49,244 nucleotides of DNA from a virus (IMGVR_UViG_3300006169_000024:1-49244), one strand, 5' to 3'; counted from the stretch's first letter, positions 20,136 through 28,510 are shown. Made by a program: numbers and translations. The notes: a model not told the origin generated them from the letters alone.

Positions 20136-21283
20136 CGTTTGGCCTTCAGTACTTGGTCTTTGATCACTACAATGTCCATTTGCTGCAGGGTAACGAGGAT
20201 CTTGTCGATCTGCTCCTTGTCGATGGAGTGGATGTTGGTGCCTACAATGTGTTTGTAGGGGATGCCCTGCGGGCCAGCTCCCAGGATCTGCCGCTTGATC
20301 CGCTCGTGGTCCATTGAGTAGATGTTGCGGCCGACACCCTGGAAAGCGTTGGACATAGACTTCTCTACTTCACTGACGACAGCAATGGCGGCTGCAATGT
20401 CCTTAGTGTCTACGATCAGCTCGCTGCTGCGTGCGAGACTGAGAGCCATTGCAACCTTGATTGCGTTGTCCTGCTTGCGCTCGTAGAAAGTCTTGAGCCG
20501 GGCATCTGCTGAGGGTCTGAAGTTTTCCTCGTTTTCGTACCACTCGGTGTAGTAGTCTCGGGCAGTGGGCGAGAACTGCATCATCCCCTTAGCCATTGCG
20601 ATGTCTGCCAAGTCATGAGCCAGAAGCCGTTTGAGTTCCTCCTGGTGTTCTGTCATCTCAGGGATGGCTACACGCTGCGGCCGGGATTCCTCGTAGATGA
20701 AAAGGGCACGAGAAACGAAGCCGCCCTCGACGGCAGTTTTCGGGAGGTTGTCACCCAGCCAGGTTGGCGTAGTGGCTGCAATGACGTTCAACCAGGGCGC
20801 TGTGATCTTCTCGCTGCCGCGCGAGACGGTTTCTTTGTCCCAGTTCTTGCGGCAGTCCCACAGGTCGGTGAGGACTGCTGTTACGTCGGTGGTGCCCTCA
20901 CCGATGAAGGAACCCAGTTCGGAGGCGTAGGCCGTGAGCGATTGATGCTCCGGGTTCTGGATTCGCGTCATGCGGGAGATGAGACTGGCGCCGCTGACTT
21001 TCTGCGGCGCGATCTCGAACTTCACCCCCCAGTCCATTGCATCCTCGAGGATCTCGCGGGCGTAGCCCATTGCAGTGGATTTGCGCGGTCCTCCGGATGG
21101 GCCGGTGAGGACTACGAACATATTGCTGTGAATGGTGAGCCGACCCAAGCGAAACCAGATTTTGCGCTGCGCCGCAGCGGCGATGGTGGCAAGGCCGCAC
21201 CACAGGTGGAAAGACTCGGGTGACTCAGTGCCTTCCGTGTACTCTTGGTAGGCGTAAAGCCAGTGCTCAAGTCTCCGGGGCAT
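20132..21283 (-). CDS. DUF3987/YfjI-like P-loop NTPase, probable replicative helicase-like protein
   Basis: ESPESFHLW, LTGPSGGPRKSTAM (Walker A-like), ASELGSF, LTDLWD, GGFVSR; adjacent to PolA. Confidence 0.65.
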   Translation of the reverse strand: MPRRLEHWLYAYQEYTEGTESPESFHLWCGLATIAAAAQRKIWFRLGRLTIHSNMFVVLTGPSGGPRKSTAMGYAREILEDAMDWGVKFEIAPQKVSGASLISRMTRIQNPEHQSLTAYASELGSFIGEGTTDVTAVLTDLWDCRKNWDKETVSRGSEKITAPWLNVIAATTPTWLGDNLPKTAVEGGFVSRALFIYEESRPQRVAIPEMTEHQEELKRLLAHDLADIAMAKGMMQFSPTARDYYTEWYENEENFRPSADARLKTFYERKQDNAIKVAMALSLARSSELIVDTKDIAAAIAVVSEVEKSMSNAFQGVGRNIYSMDHERIKRQILGAGPQGIPYKHIVGTNIHSIDKEQIDKILVTLQQMDIVVIKDQVLKAKR

Positions 21284-21485
21284 CCGGCCCTCCGGATACT
21301 GGACCAATGTATCTAACGGATGCGCGGTGACAGGTGCACGTCTCAGCCACTGTTGCCTTTTCTACCTCGCGGTAGAGTTGCTCGATGAGATCATCGACAC
21401 ACAGGTGCTCTTCGAAGTAGAAGTCTGGATGCTCTCCCTCGAACTTCACCCGCATGCTGATTCTCAGTTCGATGGTGTGTAGCAT
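21267..21485 (-). CDS. Hypothetical protein (72 aa)
   Basis: TAATG coupling to the PolA stop. Confidence 0.5.
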   Translation of the reverse strand: MLHTIELRISMRVKFEGEHPDFYFEEHLCVDDLIEQLYREVEKATVAETCTCHRASVRYIGPVSGGPDAPET

Positions 21486-24019
21486 TAGAACTCCTTGAAG
21501 ACTTTGCAGTCGCCCCAGTTGGACTTCCATTCCCTGATATGCTCCGGGTCGAGGTCGAGGGAAACCTCAACCGGGATGGTGAAATCCTCCCCCGTGCGCG
21601 GATTGGTGAGGGGTACGAGCAATGCCTCTCGGATCAACGCCGCGGCGCGCTTCGCATGGGACTCATACACCTGGAAGGCCACGGCGTCGTGAATCTGCAT
21701 CAGCCCTTCGTAGCCGCATTCGAGGAGTTCCTCGTGGATGCCCGCATAGCGCATATACCACAGATCCCTCTCGACGGTATATGGACAGGGAATCCCCTCA
21801 AGGTTGAGGAGGCCCACGTTGAGAATCTGTCCAACCGTGGACTGCGGTGTGAACGCAATCGCTTCAGGCAGGATAGATCCCACATGCCCGTAGAAGATCC
21901 GCTGGAATCCAAGGAGGTTCTCAAGAGTCCTCGTTTTGTAGAGCTGGTTTTTCACCTGGTCCCACCACCGGGGAAGCCCGGGGTGGATGTTCCTGTAGGT
22001 GTGGATATAGGTTTCAGCTTCCTTGAGGTCCACACTGACGCCGGTTTTGTGGGCGTCCTGGTTGACACTTCGCATGAAGGTCTGCGGACCCTGCATGTAG
22101 TTCCCGGCATGGCGAGTTTTTTTGCTGAGGTAGTATTCGTCCTCGGTTAGCTCCTCAGGTTTCTTGCCGAAAAGCGCTGCGCCTAGGTTGCGGTGAGCGT
22201 TCTGTCCCGGCGAATGATCCAGTAGCATACGCGGGTCCCCTGTGAGGTGTGCCACAACCAGGGATTCCGCCTTCTCAAGATCGGCGTAGCCGAAAACCTT
22301 TTTACGATCTGCGATGAACGCGCGCCTCGCCCTTTTGTCACGAGGATAGTTCTGACCGTTTGCACCCTTCCCCGTAGGGTAAAACTTGCGAGAAGCGAGT
22401 CTCCCGGTGACAGTCTTAGTCGGATCATAGTGGCTCCGCATCCTCCCATCGGAGTCAAACTCAATGTCGAAGAACTTCGACCGCAGGTCTCGCGCGTTGC
22501 GAATCTTGCGGATGAGGCTGATGCAGCGCTTCGCCGTAGGGTCCTTTGTTTTGATTTCTAGCGCCGCAAGGGTCTTGTCGTCCGTAGCCGGCCCTGTTTT
22601 GTTCATCTTCAGGGGCTTGAGCCCCAGCTTGTTGAAGAGCAAGTCGCTGACCTGCGGCCCGGACTTGACGTTGATAACGTCTGGAAGTCCGGCGGTGCAC
22701 ATAAGCTCCAGGGCGTGGACCATCGCATCCTCTTCGAGGATTTTCCTGGAGTCCTTCATCAAGTCTGTGTCGATCCTGATTCCGCGGCGCGACATCTCCC
22801 AGAGGGGATTGAGCAGGGCCATGAGGAATCTGAAGCTGCGCTCGACCTTCGGATTGTCGAACTCCAGGCGCTGCTGCTCCTCCATGATCTCGTGCTGTGT
22901 CCACACGTCTATTCCGTTGTAGGCGTAGACTATGTGGTGGGGCATCTTGCCTTTCTCCACGTCCTTCCAGTTGACCATCCCCTTGTGGTAGGGCTGGTCG
23001 GTGTAGATGCTGATGAGGAAATCCAGACCCTTGGGCAACTCGACGTTGGCAACGTAGGCTGCCACCATCGTGTCGAACACCACACGCTTCATGATGGGCA
23101 GGCTGTAGTGCCATTCCAGGATCGAAGCGTCAAACATCGAGTTCTGGGCGTTGAAGCCCTTCGTGTTGCGAATGATGTCGCTGACATACTGGATGTCGCC
23201 CAGCGACTTCGTTGGCACGACGTAGGCACTGTTGCGGTCGTTGGTGAGGCCGACACACAGCAGCGTGTTGCGGATGTACTCGATGTCGAGGGTAGTTGGT
23301 GTGGCGGGATCACTGAGAAGAATGTCCCGCACGTCGCTGCGTGTGAGGATCGAAGGCTCCCACTGAGGAACTTCCTCCCGGTCGATCACGCCCTCGTAGT
23401 TGACGAGGGTAGAGGGCTGCGTACCTACCTGTACAATGAGCTTCCGGGGGCGCCGGACTTCAGGAAAGAGGCCTTCGGCCTTGGCGCGGGCCAGGTCGCT
23501 GAGCCAGATCCCGTGGTCCCCCATCCCCTCGCGAAGGATGTAGGACGGATGGTAGGTAGGAATAACCTTGAAGCCCTCCACCAGGGTGGAATGGAGGATA
23601 CTGCCGCGCCAGTCCTGAATCCCGGTGAAGCCGCGAATGCGTTCTCCGTCCTTCATGTAGTCTACCCATCGCCCCTTGCCCGTAAGGGCATGAAGGGCGA
23701 AGTTCCCAAGCGCCAGAATGACGTTGGGACGTACGGAGAGGATCTGGGATTTCAGCTGTTCGAGGCCCAGAAACACCGGAAGATCCGGCTCTCCGCCGTC
23801 GAGGAAGAACTTTTCCAGCTTGTTGGCTGGTGGCCGCGCCGCGCAAAGGTTAGTGTAGTAAACCTCTTCGGGGTCGATGCCTACCTGCATGAAGAACTCC
23901 CGGAGCTTCTGGCCGGCAGGGCCAACGAAAGGTCGGCCCTGCCGCTCCTCTTCCTCGCCCGGGGCTTCGCCAACAGCCATCAGCCAGCTGTTGGATGGTC
24001 CGTAGGGCGAGACGATCAT
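21485..24019 (-). CDS. polA: Family A DNA polymerase with N-terminal family-4-like uracil-DNA glycosylase domain and 3'-5' exonuclease (844 aa)
   Basis: UDG GEAPG, PFVG.AG, TYHPSY; Exo I DIE, Exo II NSMFD, Exo III YNGID; TGRLAS; motif A DLEKAE, motif B KKTRHAGNY, motif C QIHDA. Confidence 0.92.
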   Translation of the reverse strand: MIVSPYGPSNSWLMAVGEAPGEEEERQGRPFVGPAGQKLREFFMQVGIDPEEVYYTNLCAARPPANKLEKFFLDGGEPDLPVFLGLEQLKSQILSVRPNVILALGNFALHALTGKGRWVDYMKDGERIRGFTGIQDWRGSILHSTLVEGFKVIPTYHPSYILREGMGDHGIWLSDLARAKAEGLFPEVRRPRKLIVQVGTQPSTLVNYEGVIDREEVPQWEPSILTRSDVRDILLSDPATPTTLDIEYIRNTLLCVGLTNDRNSAYVVPTKSLGDIQYVSDIIRNTKGFNAQNSMFDASILEWHYSLPIMKRVVFDTMVAAYVANVELPKGLDFLISIYTDQPYHKGMVNWKDVEKGKMPHHIVYAYNGIDVWTQHEIMEEQQRLEFDNPKVERSFRFLMALLNPLWEMSRRGIRIDTDLMKDSRKILEEDAMVHALELMCTAGLPDVINVKSGPQVSDLLFNKLGLKPLKMNKTGPATDDKTLAALEIKTKDPTAKRCISLIRKIRNARDLRSKFFDIEFDSDGRMRSHYDPTKTVTGRLASRKFYPTGKGANGQNYPRDKRARRAFIADRKKVFGYADLEKAESLVVAHLTGDPRMLLDHSPGQNAHRNLGAALFGKKPEELTEDEYYLSKKTRHAGNYMQGPQTFMRSVNQDAHKTGVSVDLKEAETYIHTYRNIHPGLPRWWDQVKNQLYKTRTLENLLGFQRIFYGHVGSILPEAIAFTPQSTVGQILNVGLLNLEGIPCPYTVERDLWYMRYAGIHEELLECGYEGLMQIHDAVAFQVYESHAKRAAALIREALLVPLTNPRTGEDFTIPVEVSLDLDPEHIREWKSNWGDCKVFKEF

Positions 24020-24243
24020 GAGGACTCTCCCTCCACTTCTACGATTGTGTTGAGGGTGAGGCAAGTAATTGCACCACTAATGCTGGCAACGAAAGCGCAG
24101 GCAAACATAGCTGCGCCGTTCCGCATAAAGCCTGCAACCACCATGCCCATCAGCGAGCCCAGGAAGATCAGGCAGAGAACTGTGATGAAGCCATAGGCGA
24201 AAAGCAAGCCTGTGCTCATCCGTTCAACTTCTTGAGTACTCAT
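24016..24243 (-). CDS. Small two-TM membrane protein
   Basis: Two long hydrophobic stretches; coupled to neighbours. Confidence 0.55.
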   Translation of the reverse strand: MSTQEVERMSTGLLFAYGFITVLCLIFLGSLMGMVVAGFMRNGAAMFACAFVASISGAITCLTLNTIVEVEGESS

Positions 24244-24617
24244 CCTCGTGCTCCTTCCCGCTCGGCCTCGAACTCGGCATCACGCTCCCAGTCGTACAGC
24301 CGCCCGCCTGCAGGCTGGCCCTGGTAGAAGGGCGGGAAGGGGTAGGTAGCCGGCTCGTTGCGCATGACGCTGGTGAACGAGGGCTCCTGCGGGCTAACCA
24401 TCGGTGAGGGTGGTGGGCTCACGGCTCTCTGCTGAAGCAGGCTCTGCTCCTGCTGCATCTGCGCCGCTACTCTCCGCACATTCCACAGGGCTTGCGCCAG
24501 CTCCTCGATCCTCGCCCAGGTTTGGGCATAACCCAGTTCCTTCACCAGCACTCCCACGATGAAGTGCTCCCTCGGTGGGCTCCCGCCCAGTGGTGCTGCT
24601 CCCTGATACTGTGACAT
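24240..24617 (-). CDS. Hypothetical protein (125 aa)
   Basis: GGAGG RBS, ATGA coupling. Confidence 0.55.
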   Translation of the reverse strand: MSQYQGAAPLGGSPPREHFIVGVLVKELGYAQTWARIEELAQALWNVRRVAAQMQQEQSLLQQRAVSPPPSPMVSPQEPSFTSVMRNEPATYPFPPFYQGQPAGGRLYDWERDAEFEAEREGARG

Positions 24618-24909
24618 CCTCTTCCTCCTGCGCAGCGCGCATTGATTGTACGTTGAACTCCCGCTCGATCCGCTGATCGTTCTCCGAAAAGAGGAATGCT
24701 TCTAGCACCAGCGGTGGCCCAGCGTAGGGCCGGTGGAGTGCTGCGGTGATAACCTTGCTGTTGGGGAAGCCGAAGGTCACAGCCTCGCGCGAGACTATGA
24801 CGTTCTTCCCTTCGTACCTGCCGTAAGCGGCGCCGCAGTCACAGCTGCGCTGCTTCGCAGAAGTGAGGCTCACGGCCATTAGGCAGTGACGGCAGTAGAT
24901 GAGAATCAC
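24394..24909 (-). CDS. Zn-ribbon hypothetical protein (CxxC...CxC); C-terminus overlaps the next gene
   Basis: GTGA coupling after DUF4406, GGAGG RBS; IYCRHC...SCDCG. Confidence 0.5.
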   Translation of the reverse strand: MILIYCRHCLMAVSLTSAKQRSCDCGAAYGRYEGKNVIVSREAVTFGFPNSKVITAALHRPYAGPPLVLEAFLFSENDQRIEREFNVQSMRAAQEEEDVTVSGSSTTGREPTEGALHRGSAGEGTGLCPNLGEDRGAGASPVECAESSGADAAGAEPASAESREPTTLTDG

Positions 24910-25235
24910 TCGGGCACCTCCTTCGGCGGGAAGCGCGCCGCTGCGAGCCACGTCCCACAGTAGGCCACTTCGTAGTTCAGCCGCGAGGCAATGTCCTTCT
25001 CCAGGCTGGCGCCGCGGGAGGCCTCCCACCCAGGCATCAGCGCAAGGCCATCACACTCCATGAGGGCGATGATGTCCTTCTTCATACACTGTTGCCAGGG
25101 ATCACTCAAGGAGTTCAGCTCTGCCGGATTGACTACTTCGTAGCCTGCGCCGCGCAGCGCTTTGGCAGCGGCGTTGAAGGCTGGGAAGTTATGATCCGGG
25201 AGGCCGGTCATGGGACCGCAGAGGTAGAGCTTCAT
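24906..25235 (-). CDS. DUF4406 / nucleoside 2-deoxyribosyltransferase-like protein
   Basis: LYLCGPMTG...NFPAF...G..VVNPA...CM..DI..L..CD....PGW..SRGA.LE signature. Confidence 0.85.
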   Translation of the reverse strand: MKLYLCGPMTGLPDHNFPAFNAAAKALRGAGYEVVNPAELNSLSDPWQQCMKKDIIALMECDGLALMPGWEASRGASLEKDIASRLNYEVAYCGTWLAAARFPPKEVPE

Positions 25236-27013
25236 GAGGCCTCCTCCGCAGGCTCCGTGGAGATAATCTTCTGGACTTCCTCTGGAGTGCAGGTTGTGGG
25301 GTCCAGCCCACCCATCTCCACGGCTGTGTCCAGCATCCGACAGACTTCCGAAAGCTCACCCTGGAGGTCGTCCTCATTGCTGCCGCGCAGCTGTGCCAGG
25401 TTGTGGCCGTCGTACTTGATGTAGCCCAGGAACTCTTTCCCGATGCGGAAGGTTTCGTACTGGAACACCTGGCCCGGACGACGCCCCGAAGGCTTCGGAG
25501 TGGTGCTCACCTCAACCTCCCCGGTGTCGTCCTCCGGAAGGGTCATGGCGAGCCCCTGCTCGTAGCGACGGAGCGAGGCCTCCACAGCTTCCTTCGTGAT
25601 CGGCTGCATGTACTGACGGATCTTCCCGTGGGCAAACGGCAGCATCTGCGGGTTCTTGTCGCAGCCCCACGCCACTCGACTGAGGCTCGCCGCCGCGGCA
25701 AGGCTGTTGCCGCTGCCGAAGAAGGTGTCGCACACCACGTCACCTGTGAAGGTGAAGCGCTCCACAAGCTCTCGGTAGAGGCTCATGGGCTTCTGGTTGG
25801 CATGGACTCGCTCGCTGCCGTACTCGGCGTCGTGGACGAGTACGTTGCTGCAGCCCGGTTTCATCAGCCTGCCCTTGCCCAGGTTGACTACGAGGATCAG
25901 CTCCATGAAGTTCTTCGCATGGAGGTGTGGGAACCTGGGTTGGTTTCGGCTGTTGGGCCTGTACCAGATCCAGGGGAAGGGCTCGGGTCGGAGGAATCGG
26001 CACTCACCAACGGAGGCCCCAGCGAGAGTGCAGCGAGCAGGATATTGCGCATGCCTGTAGGCGCCATGCACTGCGCAGCAGTCTTGGGCCAGCTCTTCGA
26101 TGTAGTCGTAGGTTTCCTTCCCGGCGAAGAACACCAGCCATCCTGTTTCCCGAGTGGCCTTCACCAGCTCCGGCAGAAGGTTCTTGTAAAGCTCCGCTGC
26201 TTTCTCCGGATCGTCGTCGTAGGACGACAGGTGCTCCCCTTCGGGGGTGAGAGACTTCTGCCCCTGCTTCCAGTAGTTGTAGCCATAAGGGCCGTCGAGG
26301 AGCATGAGGTCTACGCTGTTGGGCAGAAGCTTCCGCGTGAACTCCACAGCCTCCTCCGTACGGACGCGCTCTTCGATCGGCGCCACGGGAGCAGCGTAGG
26401 GCGCGGCGCCGTTGGTACTCCCCGGGGTGCTGGTGCCAAGCACCTGGGCGGCCCTGGTTTCATGTTGCTCCAGCAGCTTCCCAGCCTGCAGCGCCGCGTT
26501 CTTGCTACTTGCCTTGCGTAGCCCCGGGTTCTTCTCCAGGATCTTCGCCGTGGCTACGTCTCGGGAGAAGGTTGCCTGGGACTCACCCAGCTCTCGGGCG
26601 ATCTCACCGTCGGTGATGGAGGGATTTTGGAGTCTGCGGAGCTCCGCAATCTCGCGCTTCGCGTCCACCTCCTCCTGCCAGGTCATTGCCTTCCGTTTAA
26701 GGTTTTCGTTCAGTTCAAGTTGGCGGTGCTTGATCTGGTCCATCTCCTCCCGGCCGAAGGCCTCGATGGTTTCCCAGCCCAGCAGCGCCGCGGCGTTAAG
26801 CCTCCGCCCTCCGGCTACCAGCACCCACGGTTGGCCTTCGTAGTCGTCGAAGCCCTCTTCCTTCTCCACCTCCTCCCGGCCAGGAGGCCGGACGGTGATG
26901 GGAGTGATCTGCCCATTGTCCTTGAAATCGTTGAGGAGATCCTCCATCTCCGTCTTGCCGTAGTCCCTGCGGCGGCGCCGCCCGATGTAGATTTCATCCA
27001 GCCGCAGTTTCAT
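25232..27013 (-). CDS. ParB-like N-domain + HTH + beta-class N4/N6 DNA methyltransferase fusion (593 aa)
   Basis: GQITPITVR...LVAGGRRL...ELNENLKRKAMTWQE (ParB/Srx); EIARELGESQATFSR (HTH); LLDGPY (motif IV variant), HANQKP..L, VCDTFFGSGNS (motif I). Confidence 0.85.
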   Translation of the reverse strand: MKLRLDEIYIGRRRRRDYGKTEMEDLLNDFKDNGQITPITVRPPGREEVEKEEGFDDYEGQPWVLVAGGRRLNAAALLGWETIEAFGREEMDQIKHRQLELNENLKRKAMTWQEEVDAKREIAELRRLQNPSITDGEIARELGESQATFSRDVATAKILEKNPGLRKASSKNAALQAGKLLEQHETRAAQVLGTSTPGSTNGAAPYAAPVAPIEERVRTEEAVEFTRKLLPNSVDLMLLDGPYGYNYWKQGQKSLTPEGEHLSSYDDDPEKAAELYKNLLPELVKATRETGWLVFFAGKETYDYIEELAQDCCAVHGAYRHAQYPARCTLAGASVGECRFLRPEPFPWIWYRPNSRNQPRFPHLHAKNFMELILVVNLGKGRLMKPGCSNVLVHDAEYGSERVHANQKPMSLYRELVERFTFTGDVVCDTFFGSGNSLAAAASLSRVAWGCDKNPQMLPFAHGKIRQYMQPITKEAVEASLRRYEQGLAMTLPEDDTGEVEVSTTPKPSGRRPGQVFQYETFRIGKEFLGYIKYDGHNLAQLRGSNEDDLQGELSEVCRMLDTAVEMGGLDPTTCTPEEVQKIISTEPAEEAS

Positions 27014-27212
27014 CGCGCCTCCTCAGCTTGCGGAAAAGGGTGTGCGAAGGCTCAACGCTGACCAGCATCACTGTCTCCTCGTCGATTACGAACATCGTCT
27101 CTCCGGTGAGATCCGCAGGCCTACCCTCCACCGCCACCAGCTGCTGGTAGCCCATTGCGTAGGCTAGAGCCTTTGCAAGCATAGGCGCGAGTGAAACTGG
27201 AATGCTTTGCAT
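26994..27212 (-). CDS. Hypothetical protein (72 aa)
   Basis: GAGGGA RBS just after motif copy 5; starts MQSIPVSL. Confidence 0.55.
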   Translation of the reverse strand: MQSIPVSLAPMLAKALAYAMGYQQLVAVEGRPADLTGETMFVIDEETVMLVSVEPSHTLFRKLRRRDETAAG

Positions 27213-27218
27213 TCTTCC

Positions 27219-27239
27219 CTCTTTGCAAATTGTAAAAAG
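27219..27239. promoter_or_regulatory. 21-bp palindromic motif, copy 5
   Basis: ctctttgcaaattgtaaaaag; 27 nt (27214-27240) identical to 31884-31910. Confidence 0.85.
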
Positions 27240-27240
27240 G

Positions 27241-27702
27241 TTACCGGCGTTTCCTCCGACGCTTCGCCTCCTTTTTGAGAAGTGAAATGCGCAGGCGCTT
27301 CGTTTCGCTATATACCTGGCTGTCGATGCCCGGGGTTTCCTGAGTGAGCCACTGGCTGCAGGCGATTTCCAGCTTTTGCATGAGGCGATGGCCCTGTGCC
27401 CAGGTGTACTTGTAGAGTGGCCTCTGGAGCTTCGCCGTGTCGTCCTGGATGATTTTGTCGTAGATCGAGTGGATCTCCGCATGGTGGTTGCGGCAGATTC
27501 GAACGACATCCTCCGGCCGAAATTCGTAGTAACGCCGCCGGAACTCTTCCCAACGCTCCTGCCCACTTCGGTGAGCCCAAGCGTTCAGCCACATAGCCTC
27601 GCCCCTGCGGTGGTGACGGTCGAGTGTGCCAAGCCAGCGACATGCTGGCTTGGCACACCCGTTGCCGGCGACCCCCGACAGGGAGACGCCTAGGCGAGTC
27701 AC
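27241..27702 (-). CDS. HNH-like (beta-beta-alpha-Me) endonuclease
   Basis: CAKPAC...LDRHH...DVVRICRNHHAEIH. Confidence 0.55.
   Translation of the reverse strand: MTRLGVSLSGVAGNGCAKPACRWLGTLDRHHRRGEAMWLNAWAHRSGQERWEEFRRRYYEFRPEDVVRICRNHHAEIHSIYDKIIQDDTAKLQRPLYKYTWAQGHRLMQKLEIACSQWLTQETPGIDSQVYSETKRLRISLLKKEAKRRRKRR
27624..27658. repeat. Perfect 15-bp inverted repeat with 5-nt loop
   Basis: gtgtgccaagccagc-gacat-gctggcttggcacac. Confidence 0.9.
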
Positions 27703-28136
27703 CGTCCTTCCATGTGCTTGATGCGGTTGGTCTGCTTCGTCTCACCGTTCTTCTGGTAGGACTCCACAGCAACCTGACCACGCCACCCCTTGTTGACCAG
27801 CTGGTCGGTGTCGTAGTCGTCGTCCGTCCAGGACTCCACCGTGTCCTTACCGAAGATCGCCTCGAAGTAGCGCTTCAGCGCTGCGAGGCCGGGGTCGGAC
27901 AGCGCGCCCTCCTTCGTGCGGATGTTGATGTAGTCCCGGTACTGCTTGCCCTGGTACTGGCCGTCCTGGAACTCGCTGATCACGATGTAGGCGATCGGGT
28001 CGTCGGTGTCCAGGTTGGGGAACTTCCCCTTGTTCTCGACCTCCTCGATCTTCTTGATCTCGAAATCGTAGACGGAGGGCTCGAACACCTGGAAGTCGGT
28101 GCTGACGTCAGCCATCGAAGCCTTGATCTTCGCCAT
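27699..28136 (-). CDS. DUF669-like single-stranded DNA-binding protein
   Basis: F.VFEPSVYDFEIKK.E...F.DG.Y.GK.Y.D...N.IK pattern; next to the AAA ATPase. Confidence 0.65.
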   Translation of the reverse strand: MAKIKASMADVSTDFQVFEPSVYDFEIKKIEEVENKGKFPNLDTDDPIAYIVISEFQDGQYQGKQYRDYINIRTKEGALSDPGLAALKRYFEAIFGKDTVESWTDDDYDTDQLVNKGWRGQVAVESYQKNGETKQTNRIKHMEGR

Positions 28137-28206
28137 TGTGTCCTCTGGAAGTGTAGGTTGTGTGCGTGTACTTCAGGCGGCGTAGCCGCCACTGCGGGAC
28201 GCAGGC

Positions 28207-28386
28207 TCAGTCCTCGTCCCAGTCCGACTCGTCCTCTTCGTCGTCCAGCTCATCCTCTTCCCATTCGTCGTCCTCCCAGTCGTCGTCCTCCAGCTCGTCC
28301 TCGGAGAAGGCGTCCTGCTCGCCCGGGACTTCCTCCGGAAACTCCGAAGGATTGATTTCGTAATCCACCGCTCTGTCGCCTCTCAT
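28207..28386 (-). CDS. Hyper-acidic 59-aa protein (absent from the ORF track), possible DNA mimic
   Basis: GGGAGG RBS then ATG; MRGDRAVDYEINPSEFPEEVPGEQDAFSEDELEDDDWEDDEWEEDELDDEEDESDWDED. Confidence 0.65.
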   Translation of the reverse strand: MRGDRAVDYEINPSEFPEEVPGEQDAFSEDELEDDDWEDDEWEEDELDDEEDESDWDED

Positions 28387-28510
28387 GCTTCCTCCCTGCG
28401 TTGGGGTTGAACAGGATAACGCCGATCAGCGCTATCCCAATGAAGGCCGCTACGGTGACGCCCACAGCCAGAAGGGCGATCTTCGCCACGGCCCAGAGGA
28501 AACTGCTCAC
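28250..28510 (-). CDS. Small membrane protein with Arg/Gly tail overlapping the acidic ORF
   Basis: GTGA coupling to the ATPase stop; about 30-aa hydrophobic N-terminus. Confidence 0.45.
   Translation of the reverse strand: MSSFLWAVAKIALLAVGVTVAAFIGIALIGVILFNPNAGRKHERRQSGGLRNQSFGVSGGSPGRAGRLLRGRAGGRRLGGRRMGRG

Noticed and set aside
21485-25235. Firm claim of a dU- or otherwise hypermodified genome
   Set aside because: No deaminase, thymidylate synthase homologue, kinase or transferase cluster is visible, and an intact-looking UDG domain argues against dU. Kept only as a testable question.
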